From Euprymna scolopes (Eukaryota), in NCBI GenBank assembly GCA_053919585.1, contig CM132796.1: DNA of 64,000 bases; one strand, 5' to 3'. Shown piece after piece: positions 38,542 through 51,700 of this stretch. The position numbers and the translations under genes were made by a program. Position 1 is the stretch's first letter. Each line of letters begins with the position of its first letter. A model generated the notes under the pieces. It worked only from the letters and a program-made list of their open reading frames with translations. It searched no databases and was not told the DNA's origin.

Positions 38542-39539
38542 CGTCAAATTATAAAATATATTTAAATAATATAAGCAATTCTTACTAATTGGCACGATTA
38601 ATTAAGCTCAATGAAAACGCTTTAACATTTTCAGAGCATTATATATATATATAAATTATTAGTTTATATTCTAAATCCAAAAAATATATATGTTTATGAG
38701 ATGTTCCTAATGCCGAGCAACACCAGATCACTTAGCTGAAGGCGTTGCCATTGTCTTATTTCGCTTAGACACGTGGGCAAACGGAGCCTGTAGAAACTGT
38801 AAACCAGGCGATCCAATATCGCCAAACAATTTAACCCGTTTGATTTAATGCGTGGACAGGGGCGTGTGCTGAGATTCACCGACACGTGTTGGATAAATTA
38901 TTTCTGAAACGATAGTGAATGTGAAAAGGAATCGTTTCACCGAGGTAAGGTGAAAAAAGCAGCGGAAATTGATCGCGTTGAAACGCGTAATGGTTGGCAG
39001 ACAGAAAAAGGCAAAAGTGAAAAACATAACATGGGCGTTTTGAATTGAATTATCTATCTGGACAAATTTATGGATAATTAACTTTCCGGCATTTGTACTA
39101 AGATGGTACAAGTTTAGAGTTAATAACTAGCGGAGGTAACGGAGAGAAAGGAGAAGATATTTTATTCCAAACGGAGATAAAATTATGAACTTTGTGCAGT
39201 TCTAGTGGAAAGTATGCTACTCGTTTCAGAAATGTGCAACAAGCCGCGATATGAGATCGTACTGATTTTGTAAGCCGTGGATTTTATTTATTCTTTTAAG
39301 CCGTGGATTCGTTGATTCAACTTAACCAAATAAGGCACAAGACCTCGAGATTTGCGAGTCGTGTGTTTCCTTTGTTCGTAAGAAAAAGAGCAAAAAATTG
39401 ATTTCTGAAAAAGAGAAAACGTCATGGCATGAGGTCATAATGTATGAGTTGATATTTCTCACGTATATTCAACCCAGTGGAAAGGTTGATGTTGCAATGT
39501 GAGAGTGTTTAAAGTTGGAATGTTCTACTTATCGACACT

Positions 39540-41370
39540 GGCGATAGAAACTGACCAATCAAATGGAGCCACGTTCTGCTAGCAACTAATCAGAAACTAG
39601 CATTGCTCCATAAAAAAATATTGAATCTTTTAGCATTCCGCACATAATTTCTCGTGTCTATTCAAAGTTCGAGGCTTATGCAGAATAGCTACCCACCGAA
39701 AACTCTTCATATCCAAGACTTTTACAGAATAGCTATCTATCGGAAACTGTTCTGAAATTAAACATGGCTTTCAATTCAAGAGTTGAGGAAGAATTTATTT
39801 TTATTCTCTTTTTCTCTTAATGTTCTCTCCTTTTAAATATCTAATGTGGCCTTTTAATGGCTGCCGGCTCGATATTAAACGACTTTGGAATTGCGTCTTT
39901 ACGCGCATTCGGTCGGCTTGGAGTTTGTTTGACTTTCACCTTTATATTCCGGCTCACTGGAATTATTTGACAGTCAGCTTTCAATGCCCTTTGGGTTTTT
40001 AACCTCGACGCGCTACTCTGCTATTAAGAACTTTAACAGACTTTCATTTTTCGTCTTTACTATCCTTTTTAGTTCCGTATTTAGTTTAGTATCAACCCAT
40101 ATCCAGCTGGGTACCATATGAAAATTTCCCCCAAATGTTTTCGTTTGGCGGGATAGAGTTAAGTGACACATTTTCAAGCCGGAACGGAGGGTACCTACGT
40201 AAAACTCTTCATGCGTGGATTGAAGATAACAAGAGCGCTCTATGCAGGATGAGAAATGTAAGGTTAATATTTTTCACAATATTTTTTTTATTTGTCTTAC
40301 ACGTATTTCGTTGAACCGTGTACGAACACCAAGCTCCTCATCAGAAAAAGTTAATATTTTTCTCGCCAAACATTTTCAATTTTTTTCGGAGTGAAGAGGA
40401 CCAAAGCTGGTGAAAATGAATGGAAATTGTTAGGAGCCCTGTGATTCATAAAAAAGAACATTATTTGACTGTCAGCTTTCAATGCTCTTTTGATTTTGAA
40501 CTTCGCCGTGCTACCCTAGTATTGAGAATGTTAAGAGACTTTCATTTTTTCGTCTTGACTATCCTTTTTAGTTCCGTTGATTTTATACAAATAAAAATAA
40601 CAAAGAAATGAATCTGTGCCTAAATCAAAACGTGGATTCCATGAACAAAGTTTCTTTCTTAGAACTGCACGCCTGTGGAACTCTGTTCCGTCTGCCTACT
40701 TTCCACCTGACTACAACTTGGATGTCTTCAAGTCCAACGTAAACAAATTCCTAATGAACCGCCCCCTTAAGTAAACACTTCATCAAATCTCCACACTAAC
40801 GTGCTGTACTTGCAATAACCCTTATCCCTGAGTGGCTTCCGGGCCTTGATAAGTGGTGACCACCGTGTAAAAAAAAAAATTTAATTGCCGGATTTTTAAC
40901 TTTATTTAGATTTTCGCATTTGTTGAACATTAATGCTTGTTGCTAACCTGCTAAACTAACCTGCCAATCTCCTATCAGCTCATACCCAGCTCGATACCAT
41001 AAGAATTTTTTTTTCCTTTGCCGGGATAGAGTTGGTTGATACGTTTCCAATGGTGGATTTCCCCGCCCTTGACTAAGGCGGAACGGAGCGGATCTGCGTA
41101 AAAGTCTTCATGCGTGGATTAAACATAACAAGAGCGTGCTATACAAGATTAGAAATGTAAGATTTATATTTTTTTCACGATATTTTTTATTTTGTCTTAC
41201 ACGTGTTTTGTTGAACCGCGTACGAACACCAAACAACTCATCAGAAACAGTTATTTTTTTTTCTCGGAAAAGCCAAACATTTTCAATTTTTTTTTTCGGA
41301 GTAAAGAGGAACAAAGTTGGTGAAAATAAATGGAAATTGTTAGGAGCCAAATGATTCATAAAAAAAACTT
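39540..41370 (+). repeat. Interspersed repeat with internal tandem duplication (A-B-A-[LINE tail]-B)
   Basis: 39960-40078 resembles 40460-40577; 40095-40455 resembles 40980-41365. Confidence 0.75.
40612..40879 (+). mobile_element. Short LINE family A 3' copy
   Basis: FFLRTARLWNS...FKSNVNKFL* plus 3'UTR and poly(A); near-identical to 43338-43601. Confidence 0.9.
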
Positions 41371-42205
41371 ACTTATTCAAGATATAATGGGGCTGTAACA
41401 AAAAAGAAGACTGGAGTATTTTATAGTCATACGGGAATGTTTTAGCGTTTTCAGTAAAATGTTTAATCTTTTATAATTATAGCAATGCTTTCGGGTTTCA
41501 GTTTAAAGTTTAGGAAGAAAACTGTCTAGAATTAGGGAGATATTGTTTGCTTAAAGTATTCTAAATAAAAAGCTCAGAATAAATTTGACCGTCAAAATTT
41601 TTCCTAATTGAGAGAATACGAAACCAAATAGAATATAGCAAAGTGTCATGCTTCATTTTCTATAACTGCAACTGTGCTTGCTGTTTTTTTTTTATTTTTT
41701 TTAGTTTCAAAACTAAAAGTAAAATGAAAAGTGTTTAAGATATCAGGGATATGTTGCATAAAAGATTGTTTATACAGAGTTATATTTATCAAATTAAATT
41801 TGCCGTCAAACCATTTCATAATATAGGAAATTCGAAACTAATCTCTGTCATAAGTTTCAATCAATTTTGCAGCACCCATTAACAACTCAGGGATTCTGCG
41901 ATCACTTACGTAATACACGAAAAATAGATTCTAAAATAAAACTGGTCTATGAATGCATATGGTTCAAATATTATTAGTAACTTTATTTATTAGTTGATTA
42001 GTTCTAAGCAGACACAAATCAGTTCACAAATTTATGAATAGTCTCTGGTAAAGTCAACCTGTTTTACGAACATTTAGTTGTAAGAGCTAATCACAACTGT
42101 CCAGACTCACACCCCTTAGATCCAATATTTTAAATTCAAGTTATCATCTAATTACTTCCAGTGTTTATTGGTCAAAATAAGTATAGATCTAGTACGTTTT
42201 AGGTA

Positions 42206-42902
42206 CTCTTGCAGTATTTGCCTACGAATTTCCGGGAATTCTCGTCAAACATGGAACGGACGCGACTGGCAATCATCGGATTAAGCCGGGCGCTGTAACA
42301 GACACAGACTTATTTCAAAACAAACAAAATCAGAAAAAGAAAAACGAATGCGATAAATCAAAAATAGCAAAAACCTTCCGTAAAGTGCTTGAATATAATT
42401 TATTTCTATTTTAAGATTTTTGTTGTTTTTTTTTTTTTGGTTTTTTTTTTGCAAATTATTTATCACCGAAAGTTTTTTTTTCTTTTTTGGCGGATGTTGG
42501 CGAGATTTTCCACTCCCGTCTAAATTATATCATTTTCACCTTTTTTAAACTATTTTTTCCTGTTAATATCATCGATTACAGATTACGTTCCAGATTATAA
42601 AAAGAAATTGAAAAACAAATAATTTTTTAACCTTTCACGTGGGGGTTCAGTTTTCAATTATAACGTTGTACTAAATTAAACACGAAATTTATGGCCACGA
42701 TGAAAAAATGCCAACTCTCTCATGCGACAGGAAGTTAGGTGTTACATTCTTGGATTAGTGGCTATTTCAAATAATTTTATTTATTTTTAATCATTTATTT
42801 TATTTATTATTATTTTTTAATAATTTCTCTTTGGTAATGTAATTTCCAAGCGAGACGAGATTCCTTCAAACGAGAAGGTATTCTTTCAAGCGAGACGACG
42901 TA

Positions 42903-42934
<32 letters not shown>

Positions 42935-43821
42935 CTGAGAGAAAGAGAGGGGTGTAGATACATAGAGGAGGAGGGAAGGAAGGAGTAAAGAAATCTTCTC
43001 TTTTTAACCCCTCCGTTCTAATCCTTGACTTCTGATTACATACCATTTTTTCATTGTGGCCACAAATTTCGGTCGACTGTTAACGGGCCATTGACACCAA
43101 AGAGGGAGGAGATGGGGAAGAGGAAATGAAAGGATGCTCCCCAACCGGCTAAATGAAAAAAAAATTAGTTTCAATCTCGCCAAAAAGATAATGTCAGGCA
43201 GGGGAGTGAATTTATGCATTTTAGAAAAAGAAATGAAACACCGGAGCAGACAATCTCATATAAAACAAATGAGGTGCAAGAATTGTAAACACCCGTCTAG
43301 CTGAATCCACTGTCAAAAAATTCCCCTACTCTATATATGTGCCTAAATCAAAACGTGGATTCCATGAACAAAGCTTCTTTCTTAGAACTGCACGCCTGGG
43401 GAACTCTGTTCCGTCTGCCTGCTTCCCACCGAACTACAACTTGGATGTCTTCAAGTCCAATGTTAACAAATTCCTAATGAACCGCCCCCTTAAGTAAACA
43501 CTTCATCAAATCTCCACACTAACGTACTGTACTTGCAATAACCCTTATCCCTGAGTGGCTTCCGGGCCTTGATAAGTGGTGATCACCGTGTAAAAAAAAA
43601 ATGATTACTGAAACGAAGAGCCCCAAGCGCTAAGCTATTGAATTTAAAAAATAAATAAATAAACAGGCAAAATGCCCCCCTAACATCACACAAAAAAATA
43701 ATAAAAACATTACATTTAAAAAAATAACATTTGAACAACGCTCGGCTTAAATCGATGATTGCCGATCACGCCCGATCTATGCTTGGGAATTCCTGAGAAT
43801 CCGGCTCAAATTCTGCAAGAG
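42206..43821. mobile_element. Non-autonomous DNA transposon with ~90-bp TIRs and TA TSD
   Basis: TA|CTCTTGCAG...GGCAATCATCGGATTAAGCCGGGCG and CGCTCGGCTTAAATCGATGATTGCC...CTGCAAGAG|TA; inner IR at 42684-42710 / 43044-43070. Confidence 0.75.
43338..43601 (+). mobile_element. Short LINE family A 3' copy
   Basis: Same sequence and same 5' boundary as 40612-40879. Confidence 0.9.
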
Positions 43822-45033
43822 TATTACATTCAATTGTTTTTCTGAGCATTTTACAGTCAACGGAGAAAAATAGTTCAAAGACCCTAGTGTTTTTATGTGG
43901 TATGTTGAATATAATAAACTAGTTATGACCCAAGTTTCATTTCATTCAGACAAAACACTAAGAAACGGGGCTCAATTAGAATTCGGGCCCGTTTTTTGGG
44001 GTCACCCTGTATATCAATATCAATAAATTTTTGTTTGAGTAGATAAAAGATCATCTAAATTTCAAACTTAAAAACCGCAAGAACTTTCTTGCCAACATGA
44101 TATTATTACAAAGCTAATTCTTTATTGGATATTTACGTATACGCAGATACAGCACTGATTTCAACAGTTAAAGAAAAATGATTTGAGTGCTATCCACTGC
44201 AATCGAAACTAAAACATTTAGCGCTCCAACCGTGTGTTCCCTACAGTTTAAGTTATCGATAGAAAGATCAGAATAATTTCAAATTAACCTACTTCAAGCT
44301 ATGAATAAAATTGTGCATGCGCAAAAGTAACAGACATATGTCGGTATCTTGATATGAACATTTTGCATTTCAACTTGCCGACATACATCTGTACGCATTA
44401 TTCATTCATCCAAACAAAGATTTTAACATTATAAACGATCCTTGGTGTATAATTACTATTTTCAGTTAATTTCAGTGTTATATAACCAGTAGTTTAAAAG
44501 TTTATCTGTTAGATATTTGCATGCACACACATGCACACACATACATACATCTACTGTTTTATTTATTAAAATTTTGTGCAACAATTGGTTACGGGTAAAT
44601 GTTTTTCACCGATATGTACTAATTTTTTGTCAAGTTCAGATTTAAGCATGTAATTACAGAGCGCTGTATACCAGATTACGTTTATTTTTGTTATATTCTG
44701 AATTTTTTATTATTTTTTTTACGTGTACCGTTGCTTATATTTATTTTAGATATTGTGGTCGCCATTATTTTTAGAGTTGTGTGAATATGGTGTTTGACTT
44801 TTCAATATATTTTCGTTACAATACTTATTACTAGTCCTACATACAATAAAATCAAGTATCTGTTTTATGAGTGATGGGGATGTTGGATTTGGGTTTACAT
44901 ATTTTGGATTTCTGTTATCCTTTTAATATGGCTCGTAAGGTTATTCATTTAAGTTTAAAGTGAGATCTAAAAAGTGAGTTATTTTTATAGTAGGTCTACT
45001 TTGTTAAGTTTACGTTTTTCTTTTATGTATGTC

Positions 45034-45731
45034 CTATCAGGAAAACCTGACGTTGTCCGGTATTGAATAATCAACGAATATCTCACACTCCTATATTTTT
45101 ATTGTCACCGAAATTCGAGAAATCGCCCCGGAGGAAGCTTCACATGCCTCCATGCTAAAATATATCTTATTCTACATTGCACTCTAGAGAACCTACTATT
45201 TCTTTTATAAAATTATTTTATATAAACTTTTTCTTCCAGTTAACGAAAAAACATTAAGAAATTTACATGCGGTGTTTGAACCTACAGACCAAGCCATGTA
45301 AAAATAAACAAAAAAAAACACGTAAATATTCAACTCTTATAAAATTCTTTGCAGTAAATGAAAAAAAATTAAGATATTTACGTGCGGAGTTTGAACTTAC
45401 CTACAGACCATGTCATGCAAAAACAAAAAAAAATCACGCTAACAGCTTACCCACAGTAGAATTTTCACGGCCTGCTGTTCTATAATTGTTGCTAAACGAC
45501 AGCATGGAAAAATGACTTTACTGATGATAGATAAATAAAAATATGTGTTTCGATTATGAATTATCGGTAATTATCGGGGGTATTTGGAGATAAAACTTAA
45601 CTAAGATCACTCTTAGACTTATACACTAAAGTTCTGTAAATTTTAAAGGAAATCTGTTCAGCCGTTTCGGAGTCTTTAAGGAACGAACTCACACACACAC
45701 ACAGACAAAGTTGCATTTATATAATTGTAGA
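45034..45731 (-). mobile_element. Non-autonomous Helitron
   Basis: Minus-strand 5' TCTACAATTATATAAATGC then (TG)n; degenerate hairpin ACCTGACGTTGTCCGG at the other end. Confidence 0.6.
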
Positions 45732-45863
45732 CATAATTTGTCTGTAGTTTTCTCCCTTGTTGTAATCCTTTATCATAACTAATCCATCATCTCTATATAT
45801 CTTGATATCTGTATTATCAAATACATTTTTGATTGTATATTGAACACTGTGGAAGTAAATACT

Positions 45864-45923
<60 letters not shown>

Positions 45924-46374
45924 TGTGTGTACATATACTACAGGAAATACATTGTATACTCAATGTAAATGTACTAGCCGAACCTAAACCTTGCTAAATA
46001 TCAATAAAACAGAAAGTGTCTGTTTTTTTTTTCTGAATCTATCATTTAAAGTTGTTTTAGGCGTTTCTCTTAAGTAAGATACGACCACGTAGAAAATGTG
46101 GACAATTTAATGAAGAAGTGCGTGTGTTACAAGTAGAATAAAAACGCAGATAGAGGAATGTAATCGACCAGTTGCAAACGAAAAGCGATGAAAAACATAC
46201 AAGGATTCTTTCAAAGATAATTAAATGGCAAACTTGTTTCGGGCAAGTGATCAAAGACACAAACCTTCCCAATTGACGCTTTTATTTTTAATTGTATAGA
46301 AAAACGAAAAGTGTCTTTCGTTATCACTTTATCTTGTTCTTCGCAGTTGCCTCCCTTTCTTTCCATGGGCTGAG

Positions 46375-46530
46375 TACGAAATCGGTTTTGGAATCTAGTG
46401 GGAGATTATCTAATCTGTTCTCTCGAGCTGATTCATCATGATAGAGATGCTGCTAGGCTTTTCCGACTCCATTGTTATCTCCGTGAAAAATACCAGGCTA
46501 AGCTCCAATCTTTGATTCTTTCCCATGAAA
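46375..46530 (+). mobile_element. Decayed LINE A-like fragment
   Basis: RNRFWNLVGDYLICSLELIHHDRDAA aligns with QNRLRSLVGDVLFSSLQPLSHRRDV. Confidence 0.5.
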
Positions 46531-46864
46531 TGTTTGCAGCACAAAGTCATCATTTAAATATAGATTAAAAGCATTCGAGTTGTGTATTAGTTAACTAAAA
46601 TGGGGTAGATTTTTCACGTATAATTTGCTTGTTTATAATAAGCCAACACCTTATCAGTGCAAAGTGAATCCCGTACTTTGAACAAAATGAACACTCAAAT
46701 AAAGCAAAATTCCTCAGAGGCGAGTTGAACCAGAGTCCTCCGGAAGCGGGAGTTTCTAGGGAATATCAAATGAACAAGCGGTCCCCATACACATATATCC
46801 CAGGCAGGGGAAATGATAATGTTTAATTGATGCAGTTATTACAGGTAGGTGCCGACGTCTTCCT

Positions 46865-46976
46865 ACATACAGCGCCTGGTATTCCAAAATTGTCACCCAT
46901 TGTGACAAGGCTCAACATTGCTCAACGTCACTGATCTAACAAGAACCGGTGTTTCGACGTGATAATGCCGCATACC
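46865..46976 (-). pseudogene. 5S rRNA pseudogene (or SINE3 head)
   Basis: Reverse complement TGCGGCATTATCACGTCGAAACACCGGTTCTTGTTAGATCAGTGACGTTGAGCAATGTTGAGCC...TGGGTGAC...GGAATACCAGGCGCTGTA follows the metazoan 5S consensus with many substitutions and a deletion. Confidence 0.85.
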
Positions 46977-48329
46977 TTGATCGTATTATTTTAAGGGGGG
47001 GTAAGATTTTTCACAGCTGATGTTTATATTTATGAATGAGCTACCTGTCATTTTACATAATAAACAATTCAGTGCAGTAAAATATTTGAAAAACCCAAAC
47101 CAAAGGTATTAATCGGTTAGTTTATATACAGTTAAATCATTTTATTTTATAAACTTAGATGCCATTCCAAGAAGTCACTAATAATTTATTTTTAGATTTT
47201 ACTAAAAAAAGAAAAAATTTCATAGAACATGGTTGTTTTCAAATCAACTATCTTCAAATACTTTTCATAAACCGTCCTTTTCAATCATCTGTTATATACT
47301 TCATCATTAAACCGACAATCAATACGTTTCATTTACAGTTTTTCACGATACGACGAAATCAAAGTGCAGGCATGTGGATAGTTTGCAGTTAACTACCTTC
47401 TCAACACTGTCATGTTTTCCCAATTTCGTCGCTTATTACGGCTCAAAAACTACTTGAGAGGGTTAATTAGCTTTGGTTTACGACGAACAACACATTGGAA
47501 GGATTAAATGGGCGGAAATTATTACATGGACGCCAGACAAGAATTTGTTAGGGTTGGACTTGAATACTACTATGTTTTTTTTAGCTGGGAAGCAACAAGG
47601 TAGAATAGTATTCCAAAGATGAAGATGTTTTTTATTTCTTTTGTGCTATGTGGTTTGTGTTGTGTTTTATTTCTCTTGTGTTGGTGTTTTGTGTTATGTA
47701 ATTTACTGTTTCATTATTATTATTATTGTTGTTGTTGTTGTTGTTGTTATTATATAAATATTAATGTACTTATCCGACGTCCGGTGTCAGAAAAAAACAT
47801 CATCATCGTAAACATTAATTAATGGGACATAAATTACCCCCTTTATAGTCGCTCTTTATTAGTTAAATATCATTAGCACCATTTCTTCTCCAAAAATCTT
47901 AAAAAGGAAAAAAAAACATGGTCGTCTATTTACGGTTTCAAATGTTATTTACTGATAAAAAAGTCATGTTGAGAGGAGTGTGTACGTTTATTTTTACAAT
48001 AGATTCTTTCCAAAATTCAAAAACTGTGCAAGTGAATTGACATCTCTTCCTTTTTAATATATATTAAAATTATTCAGAAAAAAAACAATGTGTTGTATGT
48101 TGAATTTTTATTAAAAAATGTAGATTTTTTTCAAATTAATTCTTTAGCTTTAAAAGATTTTTTTAATACTAAAATTGTTTTAAATTTATCGTCATTTCTT
48201 TTATTTTATTTTTTATTCTTCTTATTTATAATAAAGGATGTGACAACAGAATATTCTTTTCATTCTTTTGACGCTCGTGTATATATCCGACACAGTTAAA
48301 TACACTTAATCAATCGAGAACCACATCCA

Positions 48330-48465
48330 TCTATATAAAATCAAATATTAACGGATGCATACTCAAGAGTCAAAACAATGAAAAGAATATGCTATGGTCA
48401 CAGTCCTATTTATAATGTGTTTGAAAAATGTTCAACTACCGTGGAATTTTCACGGGTTCTGCTAG
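48330..48465 (+). mobile_element. Mini-Helitron (~135 bp)
   Basis: A|TCTATATAAAA ... CCGTGGAATTTTCACGG hairpin, GTTCTGCTAG|T. Confidence 0.7.
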
Positions 48466-48488
48466 TAATTATTATTATTATTATTATT

Positions 48489-48543
<55 letters not shown>

Positions 48544-48703
48544 GTAATACTAATTGTGTTAAGGAACAGTCGCCTGTTCTTGTAAGTAAGTAAAAATGAG
48601 ATAGGATAGTCGAGAATTTGAACCTGGGATGCTAGGTTTGGAATTAAGAATTCCGATCATAAGTTTAAAATAAATAATACAGATATGTTATTGAAAAGGA
48701 ATG

Positions 48704-49199
48704 TGTTGTCAGTAATATCATTGAAAAATGAATTTGATGATTCAATTCTGTTTATGAAAATGAAATGAAATTAAAATAAGGAATTTTAAACAAAAATGAT
48801 AAATATATTTGTAAAATAGGTTAGTCGGAAATGAAGTTAAGGAATTTTTCTTTGCAAGCATGTGTGGTCGATGCATGTGTTTTGGGCATGTTTTAGACAA
48901 CGTGAGGCATATCAGGCCACGGGGCCGATATGCACGTTGTTTGGTCATGCAATGACGTCACGAGTAAGGGATGAGTTCTCAATATAGTTAGAGCTTTAGA
49001 GTCAGTCAGAGAGAAGTCAGTGCCGGGACAGGGTCGGAGAGGCAGAGCTGCCATCCGCCTTGGAAGCGAAGTTTAGAAGAAGCAAATAATGTAGAAACTT
49101 TGAATTCCTTGATGCGAAGCCATTGACCGGTCGAATGGAATAAACGAACATCATCATATTTTTGTAACTGTCGTCTTCGTGTTATGTCATTCAACAACA
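48704..49199 (+). mobile_element. Probable solo LTR (~500 bp)
   Basis: TGTTGT...ACAACA termini; AATAAA ~55 nt before the 3' end; imperfect TSD AATG/AAGG (alternative start 48686). Confidence 0.5.
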
Positions 49200-51299
49200 A
49201 AGGTATTGTGAAACTGTATTTTAAGAACTTTGTGTATAACCTCATCTAAGTATGGGTCTTTATCATTAAAGAATGTGCCTTTCTCTCTCAGTATCAAGAA
49301 ATAATGAATGGTCCTTCATTATGATAAAGGACTAAGAATCATCATCTCGAAAAAATACGTGTTAAGAAAATATATGTGCTAAAGAAAGATAATGTTTATA
49401 GAAACACTCCCAGAACTGTCAAAGAGTATAAATGTCAATCTATCTATCTATCTATCTTGTCTATCTATATATCTAATCACCACACAATGTCTATTACATG
49501 TCAACGTCAGTATTAAATGCACCCTCTTTATATGTATATATATACGATAAACCCTGTCTCTATCTCACTAATATGAACACTTAAGAACACCTAGCACATA
49601 ACAATTGTAGTAATTATCGTTTCTTCCATGTCTGTCGTTTGATTATATAGGACATCTAACTCTTTGGTAGCGTTTAAAGCGGTAGTTCTATCATCAGTTG
49701 TGTGACGTCGGGATTACTGTAGTTCCATGCTGCGCATGGACGGGATCCTGCATCCATCTTGTCGATTCCGATATAAAATCTATCTAAGAAGACTCTCACA
49801 CACACGAAGTGCATTTGTGTAAAATTAAAAAAAAAAAAATTGACCAAGTCATTTCNNNNNNNNNNNNNNNNNNNNNNNNNNNNNNNNNNNNNNNNNNNNN
49901 NNNNNNNNNNNNNNNNNNNNNNNNNNNNNNNNNNNNNNNNNNNNNNNNNNNNNNNNNNNNNNNNNNNNNNNNNNNNNNNNNNNNNNNNNNNNNNNNNNNN
50001 NNNNNNNNNNNNNNNNNNNNNNNNNNTAAGATCAAGTTTTAGCATTTTTAATATAAGTACATCTTTAGCTGGGTTAATTTGAAACCAAAACTTCGCGTTA
50101 TTATGAAAAAACTGTTCTATCAAAGTATATTGAAATTATGGGCAAGGACTTGGTACTAACACAAAATACTACTGTCCAATTTTGTAATAGTATTTTAAGT
50201 TGAATTCAGGTTTAGCGGTATCTTTTGTTTATTAAATTGTTAGCTTAAAGTACACTGTGGTACAAGACGCCCACCTCCTCATGTTAAGAATGGGTTTCTA
50301 AAACATGGCAATATTTCTGCAGTGTTAGTATTATACATAAATCGCAATGATTTACTTATGCCAGAAACGTGTCTCCGCGCATCTTCCACGACTCAAGTGG
50401 ATGTGAGCTACCATACGATCAGGAACTATGATGCATCACGCGCTGCCTTAAACGGTTAGGTTTTCTAGTGGCTGATCCAAAATCCTGGCAACGTGTTCCT
50501 AATGCAACGAAACAGATTGTAAAAGACATATTACAGCCTAAATTGTCTCAGGTACAGATTCTCATTGTTTCCACGAAGCCCTCTACGCAGAGGTACTGTA
50601 AAGAGGAGGTCACGAGGCATGGCGTAGGTGGCGGGCAAGATGTTAAACGCGATTCTGAGGTGTACACGTAGAGGCCAAAGAAGCGCACCAAGAAAGTATA
50701 TTTTCCTTTAAAAAAGTAAAGAGCATCGCCTAAGAAAGCGCATAATCGATAGTAGATAACAGGCGAAACTTAAAGAACCGTTTAAAGATTAACAACAAAA
50801 GAAAAGATATGCACAGCGGTGAGATAGAAATCTAAGGTTCGAAGCTATAAATCAATTATACACAACTTGTTTACACTGTTGCAAAGTTTATGGGCAGAAG
50901 CCTGCACGCCAAGGTCAAAAATCGGCAAGATGGCGCACAAATTCATAAAAAGACTAAAAATAAAATAGACAATAAAGAATTTAGCGGAGCCAGTGTATTT
51001 TAACGAGTAAATTTGAATAAGATATACTACAATTTACGTGACAAGACATTATTCTGTTGTCGGTGAAACATCCACCAATTTATTTATACAAAAAGTTTTT
51101 AAAGCACCTGGTGTTCTATAATAATTAGTTATGCATTGAACACTCTTTCTTATCTTGACAGAGAACAGTCGACCTAAAATAATCAGGTAAATGGTAATTT
51201 CTCCTCTTCCATTCAGTTTCTTTCTTTTAGTAAAGAAGTAACTACCTATCAAGGATCGAAGACCACGCGAGGATAAGGATTAAAAAGTATACGACAGTC

Positions 51300-51700
51300 A
51301 TCAGGACTACAGCGTAGTAATTGTTAGTAGTGGGATTAGTGTATAATTCGGTTATTTAAGGAAAGAACTTGTTTACCTTGGAATTCAAGACGACCATATT
51401 GTAGTCAGTTGGAAAACATGCCAGTGGAATAGAATTTCACAGGCGGGTAGTTCTAGGTAAGAAGCTTGTTTGTGGAATCCACGGTTAGATTTAGGCACAC
51501 AAAGAGAGTGGGGGAAATTGTTGGTAGTGGCTGTAGATAGACGAGTGTTTGGGGAAATTTTGACAAGGGGAAACATAGATTTGAGCTCATAAAACAGTCG
51601 CTATGGAAATAACAGAAGAAAAAAAACATTGCTAGTATTTCCATGCCCTGTCGTTGTTATCATGAAAAATGCTCGACTGAGCCCCAATCACTGTTTCCTG
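51300..51700 (-). mobile_element. Diverged LINE family A 3' fragment
   Basis: GACGACCATATTGTAGTCAG..GGAAA...GAAGCTTGTTTGTGGAATCCACG homologous to 62670-62800. Confidence 0.75.
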
